From positions 295,554,001 to 295,618,000 of the forward strand of contig NC_091471.1 of assembly GCF_036971445.1 (NCBI RefSeq): a stretch of 64,000 nucleotides of DNA, written 5' to 3'. Source of the stretch: Narcine bancroftii (taxonomy: Eukaryota). A model generated the notes under the pieces. That model had not been told where the DNA came from. It saw nothing but the letters and a program-made list of their open reading frames with translations, and did not search any database. Numbering within the stretch: position 1 is the stretch's first letter; each line of letters begins with the position of its first letter. Positions 37,501-49,500 of the stretch are shown one piece after another. The position numbers and the translations under genes were made by a program.

Positions 37501-40500
37501 TTTGAGAGTCAGCATGGTTTTGTGCATGGTAGATCATGTCTAGCCAATCTTATAGAATCTTCCAAGGAGGTTACCAGGAAAGATGATGAAGGAAAGGCTG
37601 TGAATGTTGCTTACATGACTTTAGTAATGCCTTTAACAACATCCCTCATGGGAGGTTAGTCAGGAAGTTTCAGTCACTCAGTATTCAGGATAAGGTACTA
37701 AATTGGATGAGACATTGCCTCTGTAGAAGAACCCAGAGAGTGGAAGTGGATGATTGCTTCTCAGACTGGAGGCCTGTGACTAGTGGTGTGCCTCATGAAT
37801 CGGTGTTGGGTCCATTGTTGTTTGTCATCTATATCAATGATCTGGATGATAATATGGTGAATTGGATCAGCAAGTTTTCAGATGACACTAGGTTTGGAGG
37901 CGTATTCAACAGCAAGGAAGACTTTTACAGCTTGCAGCAGGATCTGAACCAGTTGGAAAAATGGCAGATGGACTGAGAATAAAAGATGCATGTGTTCTTT
38001 GTACCTTTGGTAGCCCCCCGCCACCTCCCCCCTCCCACATCCAGCGCCGAGATTTCATGCCCTGGGGGGTCAATGAGGAATTAAGTATTCCATGGGGGGG
38101 TCAAAGGTCTAAAATGTTTGGGGACCCCTGGATTCAATGGTCAGAAAGGCCTGTTTCTGTGCTATAGTGTTTTAATGATGTGGCCAGTTGATCAGAACAA
38201 TATTGGTGCCAGAATGAATGTTGGGGGGGGGGTGCATTTAACGTGTTAGAGGGGGACATGGTGCAAAGCTCAAACTCACTCAGCAGGTGGGGAAGGCTAG
38301 TGACGCTTGACGCATGCTAGTGACGCAGCCTGAGGCGGTTGGAGAGTCATTAGCGGGTGTCAAGCTAGATGCCAGCGATGGCGATGGGTGTGAACGAACG
38401 GGGGGGCAGAGTACATCGCTTGGAGGGGGGGCAATGCCCACGGATGCTCCCCTTGGCACCAAGCCTGTTAGCAGATGAGAAAAAATCCATAGATGCGGTG
38501 TATTTGCACAGTTTTTAATATCATGAGGGGTATAGATAATGTTGTGGTCTTTTCTAAAACTGGAAGGTATAGAAATAGGGTTTTTTTTCCAAGTGTGTTG
38601 TGTGTTTACTCAGAAAGAACCTCTTTTCTACAGACTTTGAAATTACTCTCAGAATGTAGTTTGTTTTTTGGGGGATTTTTAATATTTTTTTTCCCCATCG
38701 GAGTTGGATTTTTTTTTGTTTTATGCATTAACTCTATTTCCTTACTCAATGTAATCATCAATATATGGAAATGTTGAATTAATTTGAAAGTATTGCTTGT
38801 TATATTCAAGGAAAACGTATATTACTTTTTCACATTTTGTGTATATTATTCTATGGTTTTTTTTCTTTGTGGAAAATGAATTGAAAGATATTTTTTAAAT
38901 TTGTGAGAGGGGAAAAAATTTTCAAGAGATGTGAGGCCCCTTCATCACAGGCTGCCGGAGGAAGTGGTGGAAGTGGGTACAATAGAACATTTTTAAAAAT
39001 ATTTTATTTTCATTTTTCATTATTAAACAGCAGAGCACATCATTGGTTGTTACAGATCATGTCAATGTCATCCAGTAGTTTACTTGTATATGATGCCTCT
39101 CCCTCCCCTGTTTTTCCCCGGGAGAAAGGGAAAAATAGAAATGACAAAGAAAGGAAAGAGGAGGAGGAGAATGAGAGGCTGGATGTGGCGTCAGCACTTC
39201 CAGTGTGTATCCATGGAGACTGTGGGCCCACCCCCTTGTGTAGCCACTTTCCTTAATCCATCTGTTAGTGATTCTCTATAAAAACTTTTGACGGGACTGG
39301 CTACAGTTGTGCTGTTGTGTATTCCAGATATGGCTGCCATATTCCAACGAAGGTGCTGTGTCGGTTCCAAAGGTTATACATGATTTTTTTCCATGGAAAT
39401 ACAGATGTGCATCTCGGTAGTCCATTTGCTGGTGAGAAATGGGGAGTCGGACTTCCAGGTCATCCCTATGCATTTTTTTCTATAGCCAGAGATATAAATA
39501 TGAATTGAATTTGGATTTGGTTAATTTGTAGCCTATGTCCACAAGGTTTCCTAGTAGATATAATGTTGAGTCCGTCTGGAAGGCTACCTTTGTTATTTTG
39601 GTGCCAGAATGGGGCTACCTTTACACAGGACCAGGTTGCAGGTGCAATGGAACATTTAAAAGATGGTTAGATGGGAGATGGATAGGAAAGGTTTAGAGGG
39701 ATTTGGGCCTAATGTAGACATTTAGGGGGCATGGGCACATGGCTTGTGTTCCCCAGAGACCAGTGGTTCAGCCTCAGCGATTCACCACCTTGATCAATGA
39801 TTTGGCTGAAAGAATGTAAGACAAAAAAAAACAATTGCCAATAATATGAAACTGGGTAGTGTTGTGAATTGTTACTAAGAGGCCAAGTGGCTTGAAGGTA
39901 ACCGAAACAAGTATACAGCAGGTGCATGGAACATGGATAAATATGAAGTTGGGTATTGGTTAAATAGAGCTAAATTACTGGATAATATTGTAGCCACTCC
40001 CGTCAAAAGTTTTTATAGAGAATCACGAACAGATGGATTAAGGAAAGTGGCTACACAAGGGGGTGGGCCCACGGTCTCCATGGATACACACTGGAAGTGC
40101 TGACGCCACATCCAGCCTCTCATTCTCCTCCTCTTCCTTCCTTTCTTTGTCATTTCTATTTTTCCCTTTCTCCCGGGGAAAAACAGGGGAGGGAGAGGCA
40201 TCATATACAAGTAAACTACTGGATGACATTGACATGATCTGTTACAACCAATGACATACTGTCCCATTTAAAAATGAAAAATCAAAATAAAATATTTTTA
40301 GAAATGTTTCATTGTACCCACTTCTACCACTTCCTCTGGCAGCCTGCTCCCTCCATGTGATGAAGGGGCCTCACAGATCCCTTAAAAAAAATTTCCCCTC
40401 TCATCTATTTTAAAAAAATCTTTCTATTAATTTTCCACCAAGAAATCCTTACTCCTGTGAAAAATGTTTCCCTCAGTTCCCTTTTAAAACTTTTGCCTCT

Positions 40501-43500
40501 CACCTTAAATCTTTGCCCTCTAGTTCTGGATTCCCTGCTCCTGAGGGGAAAAAAACTGGAACCCTTCAACGTATCTATGCCTTTCTTGATATCTTTATCC
40601 TCTAGATTCCCCCTCAGCCTCTTGGGCTCTCGGGAGAAAAGTCCCAGACTACCTGACCTCTCGTCATAATACTTCAAGCCCAACAGTCTCAGTAACATTC
40701 TTTTTTTTTGCACCCTTCCCAGTTTAATGATATCTTTTCTACAGCGGGGCGACCAAAAATGCACAAAACACTCTAAGTTCAGTCTCATTAACTTGTACAG
40801 TTGTAACATGACATCCCTGCTCCTGCATTCAATGCCCTGACTGATGAAAGGAAGTGTGCTAGCCACCTTCTTCCACATCCTGTCTACCCCCATCAACACT
40901 TCCATGGAAATGAACAAGTCTCTTCACTGTCCACTGGACCATGAATTTTTGGTATCTTCCACAATTGTGCTTAATCGCTAACAATGCCCATCTATGGGCA
41001 TTTAATTGTTTATCATCACAGGTACCAAGAAACACTGACAAGTTTTGTTGTGCACGCTACCAAGGGAAGTCAACTCATTCAGTAAAGCCATGCAGAAATA
41101 AAATGTTTATGACTACAAACAAAACCAGTTTCCTGAAGTCCATAACTGGCTCCTTTGGGGGAGAGTTAACATCAGGACGGAAACACACCGTGAGAACATT
41201 CAAAAGCCACTTTTGTGTTGCAATACATTTACACCACAGCCTGTTAGCTCTTGGATGTGCAGGCTAAATGATGTGTTTTTTGAGTCTGTTTTAAACGTTT
41301 CTCCTGCATGTTACTGGATCATATTGTTTTCCTTTCACAGTATCTGGAGCTGCGCTTCACCAAGGCTCTCCGGCTATGTGGAACTTTACAATTCTTGGTT
41401 GCCACGGTAAGGGCTTCAGAACATCTATCCCTAAAACTAAGCTTCACTGAAGACATAGGAGTTGCAGTTATCACGCTTCACAAATGCAGCAGGAGACAAA
41501 AGGAGCTGTGAGCTCAAAGATAGTAATCTTTGGTTTCCCTGCACAGCAGAGCAACTGTGTGGTGGAACTGTTGCCCACAAAAAAACTGATCATATTTTAC
41601 CCAAAGATTACAAAGTACAGCTGACCTCCCACTATTTGGAAGTAGAGTGTTCCTATGGAACGTTTCGTAAGCCGAAATGGCGTAAAGCAAAGAATGATTA
41701 TCATTGATTTCTATGGGAAAATTCTTTGAGTGTTCCCAGACCCAAAAAGCAACCTACCAAATCATACCAAGTAACACATAAAACCTAAAATAACACTAAT
41801 AAATAGTAAAAATGATGAAATGATGAATACACAGCCTATATAAAGTAGAAATAATGTATATACAGTGTAGTTTCACTTGACAGAAGCGGGAAGACATTGA
41901 GCACGCTGGGAGGTGGTGGTGGTGGTGATGGTATGTTAGGCTGAGTCGTCGGAGGTTGAAATGGTGGGAGGTAAGAGTATAGGAAAGAGAGAGAGAGAGA
42001 GGAAGAGGGTCATCTCCTGTATTAACCTCATCATCGTCTGAATCCATCACGGCAGGCAGGTCACTAATGTCTACACCTTCTATGTCTGCCTGCCTTGATG
42101 TCGAAGGTCAAGGTTCATCGTCTGCTGTGGCTGATGTGTAGTTCCCGGGGAAGGAGCTTGGCGGCACCACTCTCGCTGCTCGGGGTGTGCACTGCCTCGA
42201 TAATGGCTAAACGTTTATTATTTGCAAAAACAAAAATCCTCCAAACTTCTTTTGGTTAGGTACTGATGTAGGTCTTTCGTAAAAGTGAAGTGGCGTAAAA
42301 CAAACTTTTGAAAAGTGGGGGAATACCTGTACATGGAAATTTCTTCTGCAGAGAGATGCCATTTTAGATATGTGTTGAGAAAATGTGGATAAACACACGA
42401 GAGAAAAAGAGATCAAAATGTAATGGTGACTGAAATGATGAGGTTCAGAAGGAGCAATACCTTGGTCCCATGATATTCCGTGACTTGTTTTAGAGTCATG
42501 GAGTCATACAGCATGAAAATGAGTCCTTCAACTAAACTTGCCCACGCTGACCAAAATACCCCACCCATACTTGCTCACAAGGCTCCAAACAACATCCTGT
42601 CTAAGGCTCTTGTAATTTTGTATACCTCAGAATGATCCATCCCTCAGAATGATCCACCCCTCAGCATCCTCCAACACTCTCCTTACAACTCAAACACTCC
42701 AGTTTTGGCAACATCTTTGTGAATTTTACTGCGCCATTTCTAGATTAATTTCTAAACTTGAGACTTCTAATCAATGCTTCATCTTATGAAGGTATACATC
42801 CTAAATGCTTTCTTCAATACATTATTCACCTGTCCCAATATATTCAGGTTCAAAGGTCTCTGGCATTTTCTCCCTTTGTCTAGAGTTTGACCTAGTGGAT
42901 TACTTCACATTGTTCTGCCTAAAATTCCATCTGCCACCACTCCATCCAGCTTTCCAGCTGATCTACGTCCAAGTTCATCTTTAGACTATCAATTTTCATG
43001 TCATGTCATGTTAACCAGATCCCCTGCGTTCCTTCCAACCCATTTTATCTATATTATATCAACATCAAAGGTCCCTACACCATTATCACAGCATCCCACT
43101 GATGACAGAGTTCTTGTCCACCACTATTCTCTGCCTCCTCACACCAAGTGAATTTTAGATTGAAGCTTAGCAGAGCTGAAGTGGTGCCACACATAGCTTC
43201 ATGCAGAGCTTCACAGGACCAGATCCTTTGATTCCAAGTTGCTATTCTCAACTGTGACAGAACAGTCTGGGTGGATAATGAAGTCAGAGGAGAGATGGGC
43301 TGATTGTAGAAGTTTATGAAGCAGATCGGTGAAGCCTTAATGGGAGATTGTACTTCAGCCTGTCAGCTCAGCAAGGTCAATGAAAAATGGCTTTAATTGA
43401 TCAAGTGGCCTCCTTATGATTAAGTATTCTGTCAGCAGGCCCAGTTTTTCAGTTTTGATCTCCTTTGACTATCCTTTATATTTTTAAACATTGCAGGTCC

Positions 43501-46500
43501 TGTACACAGGTGTTGTCATTTATGCTCCTGCACTGATATTAAACCAAGGTAAGTAGAGTATCCTTTGTTTCTCATTTACAAAACATAAATGAGTGGAGAT
43601 GAACATAAGAGCTTTCAGCTCTGACCTCAGTTTCTTTTTCCACTCTGTTTCTTTGAGCTCTCAACTCCCCACAGAGCCCTTCAGATGTGGTCATCCCTCC
43701 AGAGCAGAGATAACCAAACATTTGCAACTTTCAGACAGAGAAATTATTTGTCTGTGTCTTAAATGAGTGACTCTTTATTTTGAGATTGTAGCCTTCAACT
43801 TCTCAATACTACTTTTGGAAGAATCAACACCTTACAGCCTTAGATTAAGATCACCACTTATCCTTCTGCACTCTAATGTGAAAGGCTCCAGTTTTCTTGT
43901 TCAGCAGTTTATCTTCCCAAAACACAATGCACAAAGTACAGCAAAAAGCTGCTAATTAGTACTTAAAAAAACATTTTTATTTTTCACACAAACATTTTCC
44001 TCTTGAATATATAGTGTCATTTTCTCCCCTTTTCCCCCCTCCCTTCCCTCCCTCCTTCACCCCCCTCCCCACCCACTCAACGTTCAACATATATGATACA
44101 GAGAATGAGGAAACAAGCTGTAAACCCAAACAAAAATGGGAACAAGATCTAAACATAAAGATAAAGAATGAAACATGGGAAAAGCTATGCTCCGGAACTA
44201 TGAGAAATACAATAAACACGAGGTTACGCATGATACAATATAATTGGTTACACAGGCTATACACCACGCCCCAAAAGTTAAATAAATGGGACCCAACTGT
44301 ATCAGACAGATGTTTTTGCTGTAAGAAGGAAACGGGAACAACAGTACATGCAATCTGGGCATGTGAGAAAGTGGAAAAGTTTTGGGAAGATCTAAATCAG
44401 GTATTAAATAAAATCACAAAATGCAACATTCCAAAAAATCCAGAGATCTTTCTTCTAAGTAATATAAGAAGTAAAGAACTTGGCCTCGATTTGGATGGAG
44501 CACAAAAAAGATTTATGATGATAGCCTTAGCTGTAGCAAAAAAATGTATAATGTCAACCTGGAAATCAGAAAAGAACCTGAGAATACAGCAATGGTACAT
44601 AGAAATGAATAAATGTATTCCATTGGAAAAAATAATATATAATTTAAGAAATAACATCACAGTATTCGAACAAATTTGGGAACCGTACATGGAACACAAC
44701 AGAGAAGTCCTACCGCGGACCTCCACCCCCTAAAATGACAGGAGGAGAAGAAGACGAAATGAACTGACCCAGTGTGTAAAAGTAGATGACACAAATTTCT
44801 TGTTTATTTTCATTGTGTGCTAATTAAGTACTTGACACAGCAGCGTCTCCCTCAATGCAAACAGAGCTCTTCTTTATCCCCACATTGAACTTCGGCTCCC
44901 ACGTATCTCCCTCATAGTTTAATCTTTCAATAAACTTTTGTACTTTCTCCCAACTTACTTTTCCAACTTTCTTTGCTTCAGCAGCAAATTTGACTCAGCT
45001 GATCAAATCTTGATCTGACCCAATCTGAGCATTGTGGCCACCATTAAGCCTCTGCTCCTCGCCTTCCTACGGAATCCTCAAAATCCATCTCTTTTCATCA
45101 GTGAACCTAATTGCTCCTTGCCATGTGATTAAGTCTATCTAACCACACTCTCGACTCTACCTCGGGATATTCTGTGCATTAGAAAGGTTTTTTTGCAACA
45201 AACTTCCCAGCAAACCTACAACAATTCCATTGTCCAGTGTGCACTGGCATATGGCTGCCTTGAACTTGCATCCTTGCACTATTCCAAGTGCATCTTGACC
45301 AAAATTTTATATCACTGTAACATGACCTCCTTACTCAATTAAAGCAAATATGTGCAGCACCCCTTTTACCACCCTAAATCTACAGAGGCTGGTGCAACCA
45401 GGAAGAATGACATTGTTACTTGGAGACAAGACAATCATGGCAGTTTGAATAATGTCACAATTAACCTTTTACCTGTTGTTTGCTCACCATGTCATTTTCT
45501 GTGAGCTGTGAAATTCAAAATTGTACCAGAAAGTGGCACAAAACTAATTATTTTGTTGAATTTTGTTCCCTTGAAAATAAATTGAACTAAAGTAAATTTA
45601 CCTTCAAGGAATTAGGGACAACCATCAGATCCCTCGATACATCAGTCCTGTCAAGGGTATTGCCATGAATGTTATCTGTTCCCCTTGTATTTGACCTCCC
45701 CAAGCACAACACCTCACAATTGTCCTGGCTAAACTCCACCTGACGTTTTTATCCCTCATATCTGTAACTTGTCTACATCCTGCTTTAATGGGCCTCTATC
45801 CCCACATCTCCACCAATTTTTGCATCATTTCCAAACTGATTAACCCAACCACTTTCATCCTCATTCAATTCATGTACATTCTGCGCACTTCCAACATTTT
45901 CCTGCAGTGGTGTGCTGGTTTCCTGAGCTTCCGTCGTTGGTAAGGACATTCGCAGAATAAGAAAATAAACACTGCAATGAGATAAGTGCAGTTGATCTTT
46001 TGAAGGGAATTATACCACACAATTCCTTTCCAGTAAGCTAACATTTGCACTTTGTCCTCACACACAAGGTGAAACTCTCAGGTGCCAGCCAGTTTAATTC
46101 CCTTTCCCATCCCACATTGACCTACTGTTCATCCTTGGCTTCACCTGTTACCTAACTGAGATCAAACAAACTTGGAAGAACAGCTTATCATACTCAGCCT
46201 GAGTAGCTTACAAGCCCATAATATGAACATAAAATTTTCCAATTTTAAATAATCCCTGAGCCATGAACACCGTAAGATATAAGAGCTGAAATAGGTTATT
46301 CAGACCATTGAGTCAGCCCTACCATTCAGCCTTGAAATCCATTTTCCCACTCAGCCCCACTCCCCATAACCTTTGATAACCTGGGTAATCAAGGGCATAT
46401 CAATTTCTTCCTTAAATACACCCCATGACCTGACCTCCACAACCATAGATCCTCTGCCCTCTGGCTCTGTTCTAAGCAGATGCCCCTCAATCCTGAAGTT

Positions 46501-49500
46501 GTTCCCTCTTGTCCTAAACTCTCCCACCATGGGAAACAACTCTTCTACATCTACCCGATCCAGCTCCACTGCTTCCATCAATTATTCACCTGATCCCATG
46601 CTCCCAGCCCATTTCATTACTGCCTTTCACTCGCCCCCAAGTAGTACCACTCCTGCTTCACTGCCTCTCTTCCCTCTCCACTTCTCCCATCTTCAACTGT
46701 CCAGTCAAACACGAAAGTTTGCCAATGCTGAGACTGTAGTAAAAATAGATGCAGGAGGAACTCAGCAGGTCTTGAAGCGTCCATTGGAGGTAAAGTTATA
46801 TAACCAATGTTTCAGGCCTAAGCCCTTCCTCAAGGCATGAATTAAAAGAGTTTTACCTTGTGTGCTAGGACGTAGTGTCAGTGTTAGTTTACTGAAATGG
46901 ACTTGACTTCCTTCCAAGTATTTTAAAAAGTTTATTTCCTGGTGCTCCCACTCTTATTCTAGGAGTGCCCTCACCAACTGCAAAAGCTCAAGAAGGTGAG
47001 AACTGATAGGTGGGGGGAGGAGTTCCTCCAGCATTTCTGTGTTTTTACTTCATAGAACTATGGAATCATAGAACAATTACAGCACAGAAACAAGCCACCT
47101 CGGCCCCTTTAGTCCGTGCTGAACTATTTCCCACTGACCTGCACCCAGCCCATAGCCCTCCATACCTCTCCCATCCATGTACCAGTAAAATTGGTTAGGT
47201 CTCTTCTTCAGTAGTTAACCAGGTGATGGTCTCTGAGATCATTAAGTGTCTCTTCTTTGGGAGCCTTATTGCAATGCTGAGATGCTGGTCAGACCTGCCT
47301 TAAATTTTTGGAATCAGTGGACAACATTTATATTTTTCAAAAGTTTTGCTTCCTAAAATAAAATTGGAGATTATGATAGACAAGCTGAACACAAAGATTA
47401 ATTTCAGATTTGCTGTATCATGAAGGAAATTGTAGAAACATTAAATTAACTTTTTATTGAATTTAGCAAGTTTTAATGCTGAATTCCTCTGAGCCAAGCT
47501 CTCAGGTTGACTGCACATTTTGCACAACAAATATGAGGATCCCAGGGTTTGTCTTGGTCACCAATTTTACAGCTGAAGCAGAGCTCATAAGTTTTATTAA
47601 TAGGTGCAGTCATGTTGCATCTTTGAGCCTTAAGCATGCACTCACCACAGATATAATGGAATGTATCACAGCTGTTGCAACATTGATGAGACATTTCTGC
47701 TCTCTTGAATCTTCCTGAAGACAATAAATGCTATTAGTACACTCATTATGTAATTGCCTGAAGAACATGTGCATCAACAGGCATTCAATCTATAATCAAT
47801 GTAATGCACAGCATCTGTACATGTGAGCTGCTTTTACGGCCTGAATGCATGTCCAGGCATGCTTGGACTGACAAAAACAGCTTGCTTTGTGGGCAATATA
47901 CTAATAGTCTTAAAATATGACAAGAAAGCACAAAATAGGTTATATCTTTAAAAAAGTAGGTGATAGGAATATTTTAAGGAAGAAAGTGTTCAGCAGGCAA
48001 AATCACAGTGTAATCAGTCTCACCGCACCCTGATGTATTTTGCCTTTCAGTTACGGCGCTGAACATATGGGTATCCCTGATATCTAGTGGAACCATCTGC
48101 ACATTCTACACATCTGTGGTTAGTATAAAAGATATTCATAATCTAGCAGCACTGCATTGAAGATTAAGACCATGCTTCCCATAATTCAGGTCAAAGCTCT
48201 GGGCACCCTAGAGGATGATAATGTCTCCTCCTCAAACAAATGTCTGGCAAACTTTTCCTCTTCAAACGTAACTGATAAAAGAAAGTTGAATATGAATGTA
48301 AAGGCCTTTCAGACAGTGCAGTCCAGATCTCAACAACTCACTGCATGGTTGGAGCAAAAAGTTGCAGCAGCTAGAAATCCAAAATAGAAACCAAGATGCT
48401 GGAAGATTTTATCTGAATGGGTCAGGAGAGAAATGGATTCAACACTCCAGGACAAGGGTGCTTTGTCAGAACTGGAAAAGTGAGAAGTTGGAGATTTATT
48501 GCCAGAATACATACATAACATCATATACAACCCTGAGATTCCTTAGTGATAATGTGAAAAAAAACTGTACTCAATGAGAGCGGGAGAGGGTTAAGAGCAA
48601 GAATGGGTGCATCTGTGATAGGTGACAAAGCAATGCCTTCAAGGCGACATTAAAATTAAAAGAGGATCATTTCAGCCCTTTAAAAAACAGCTCTGCTGCA
48701 ATGTAATGTGCACAATCTATGATCTAACTCCATAAACTTGGCTCTTCCTCCTGTACTTTAGTGTCTGTGATTAATAAAAGTCTCTCAATATATTAGAATT
48801 AACATAGAACATAAACACTACAGCACAGTACAGGCTCTTCAGCCTTTGATGTTGTGCCAACCTACATATTCCTACCAAAATTTAAAAAGACGAAACCCTT
48901 CCTACCTTGTAACCCTCTATTTTTTTTCCATCCATGAGCCTGTTTAAAAGTTTATTAAATGCCCCTAATGTTTCAACCTCCACCATCATCCCTGGCAATG
49001 CATTTCAGGCACCCACAGCTCTCTGTGTATATAAAAAAGACTTACCCCTAATGTCTCCCTTAAATTTTCCTCCCTCACTTTGTACAGATGTCCTCTAGTG
49101 TTTGCTATTCTTGCCTTGGGAAAAAGATATTGACTGTCTACCTTATCTATGCCTCTCAGAATCTTGTAGATTGCTATGAAGTCACCTCTCATCCTTCTAT
49201 TTTCAAAGGAAAAACCCCTAGCTCTGTTAACCTTGCCTCACAAGATTTATTTTCCAATCCAGCCAACATCCTGGTAAATCTCCTCTGCATCCTCTCCACA
49301 GCTTCCACATCCTTCCCATAATCAGGTGACCAGACTGAACGTGTTATTCTTAAGTGTGGTCTCACCAGAGATTTGTAGAGTTGCACCATGACCTCTCAAC
49401 TCTTGAACTAAATCCCCTTTTAATGAAGCCCAGTATCACATAGTCCTTAACAATCTTATCAATCTGCATGGCAACCTTGAGAAATGTATGGATTTGTACC

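Noticed and set aside
44014-44733. 239-aa ORF with Pro-rich N-terminus as a novel gene
   Set aside because: It is the L1 ORF2 C-terminus read in from the inverted 3'UTR piece.
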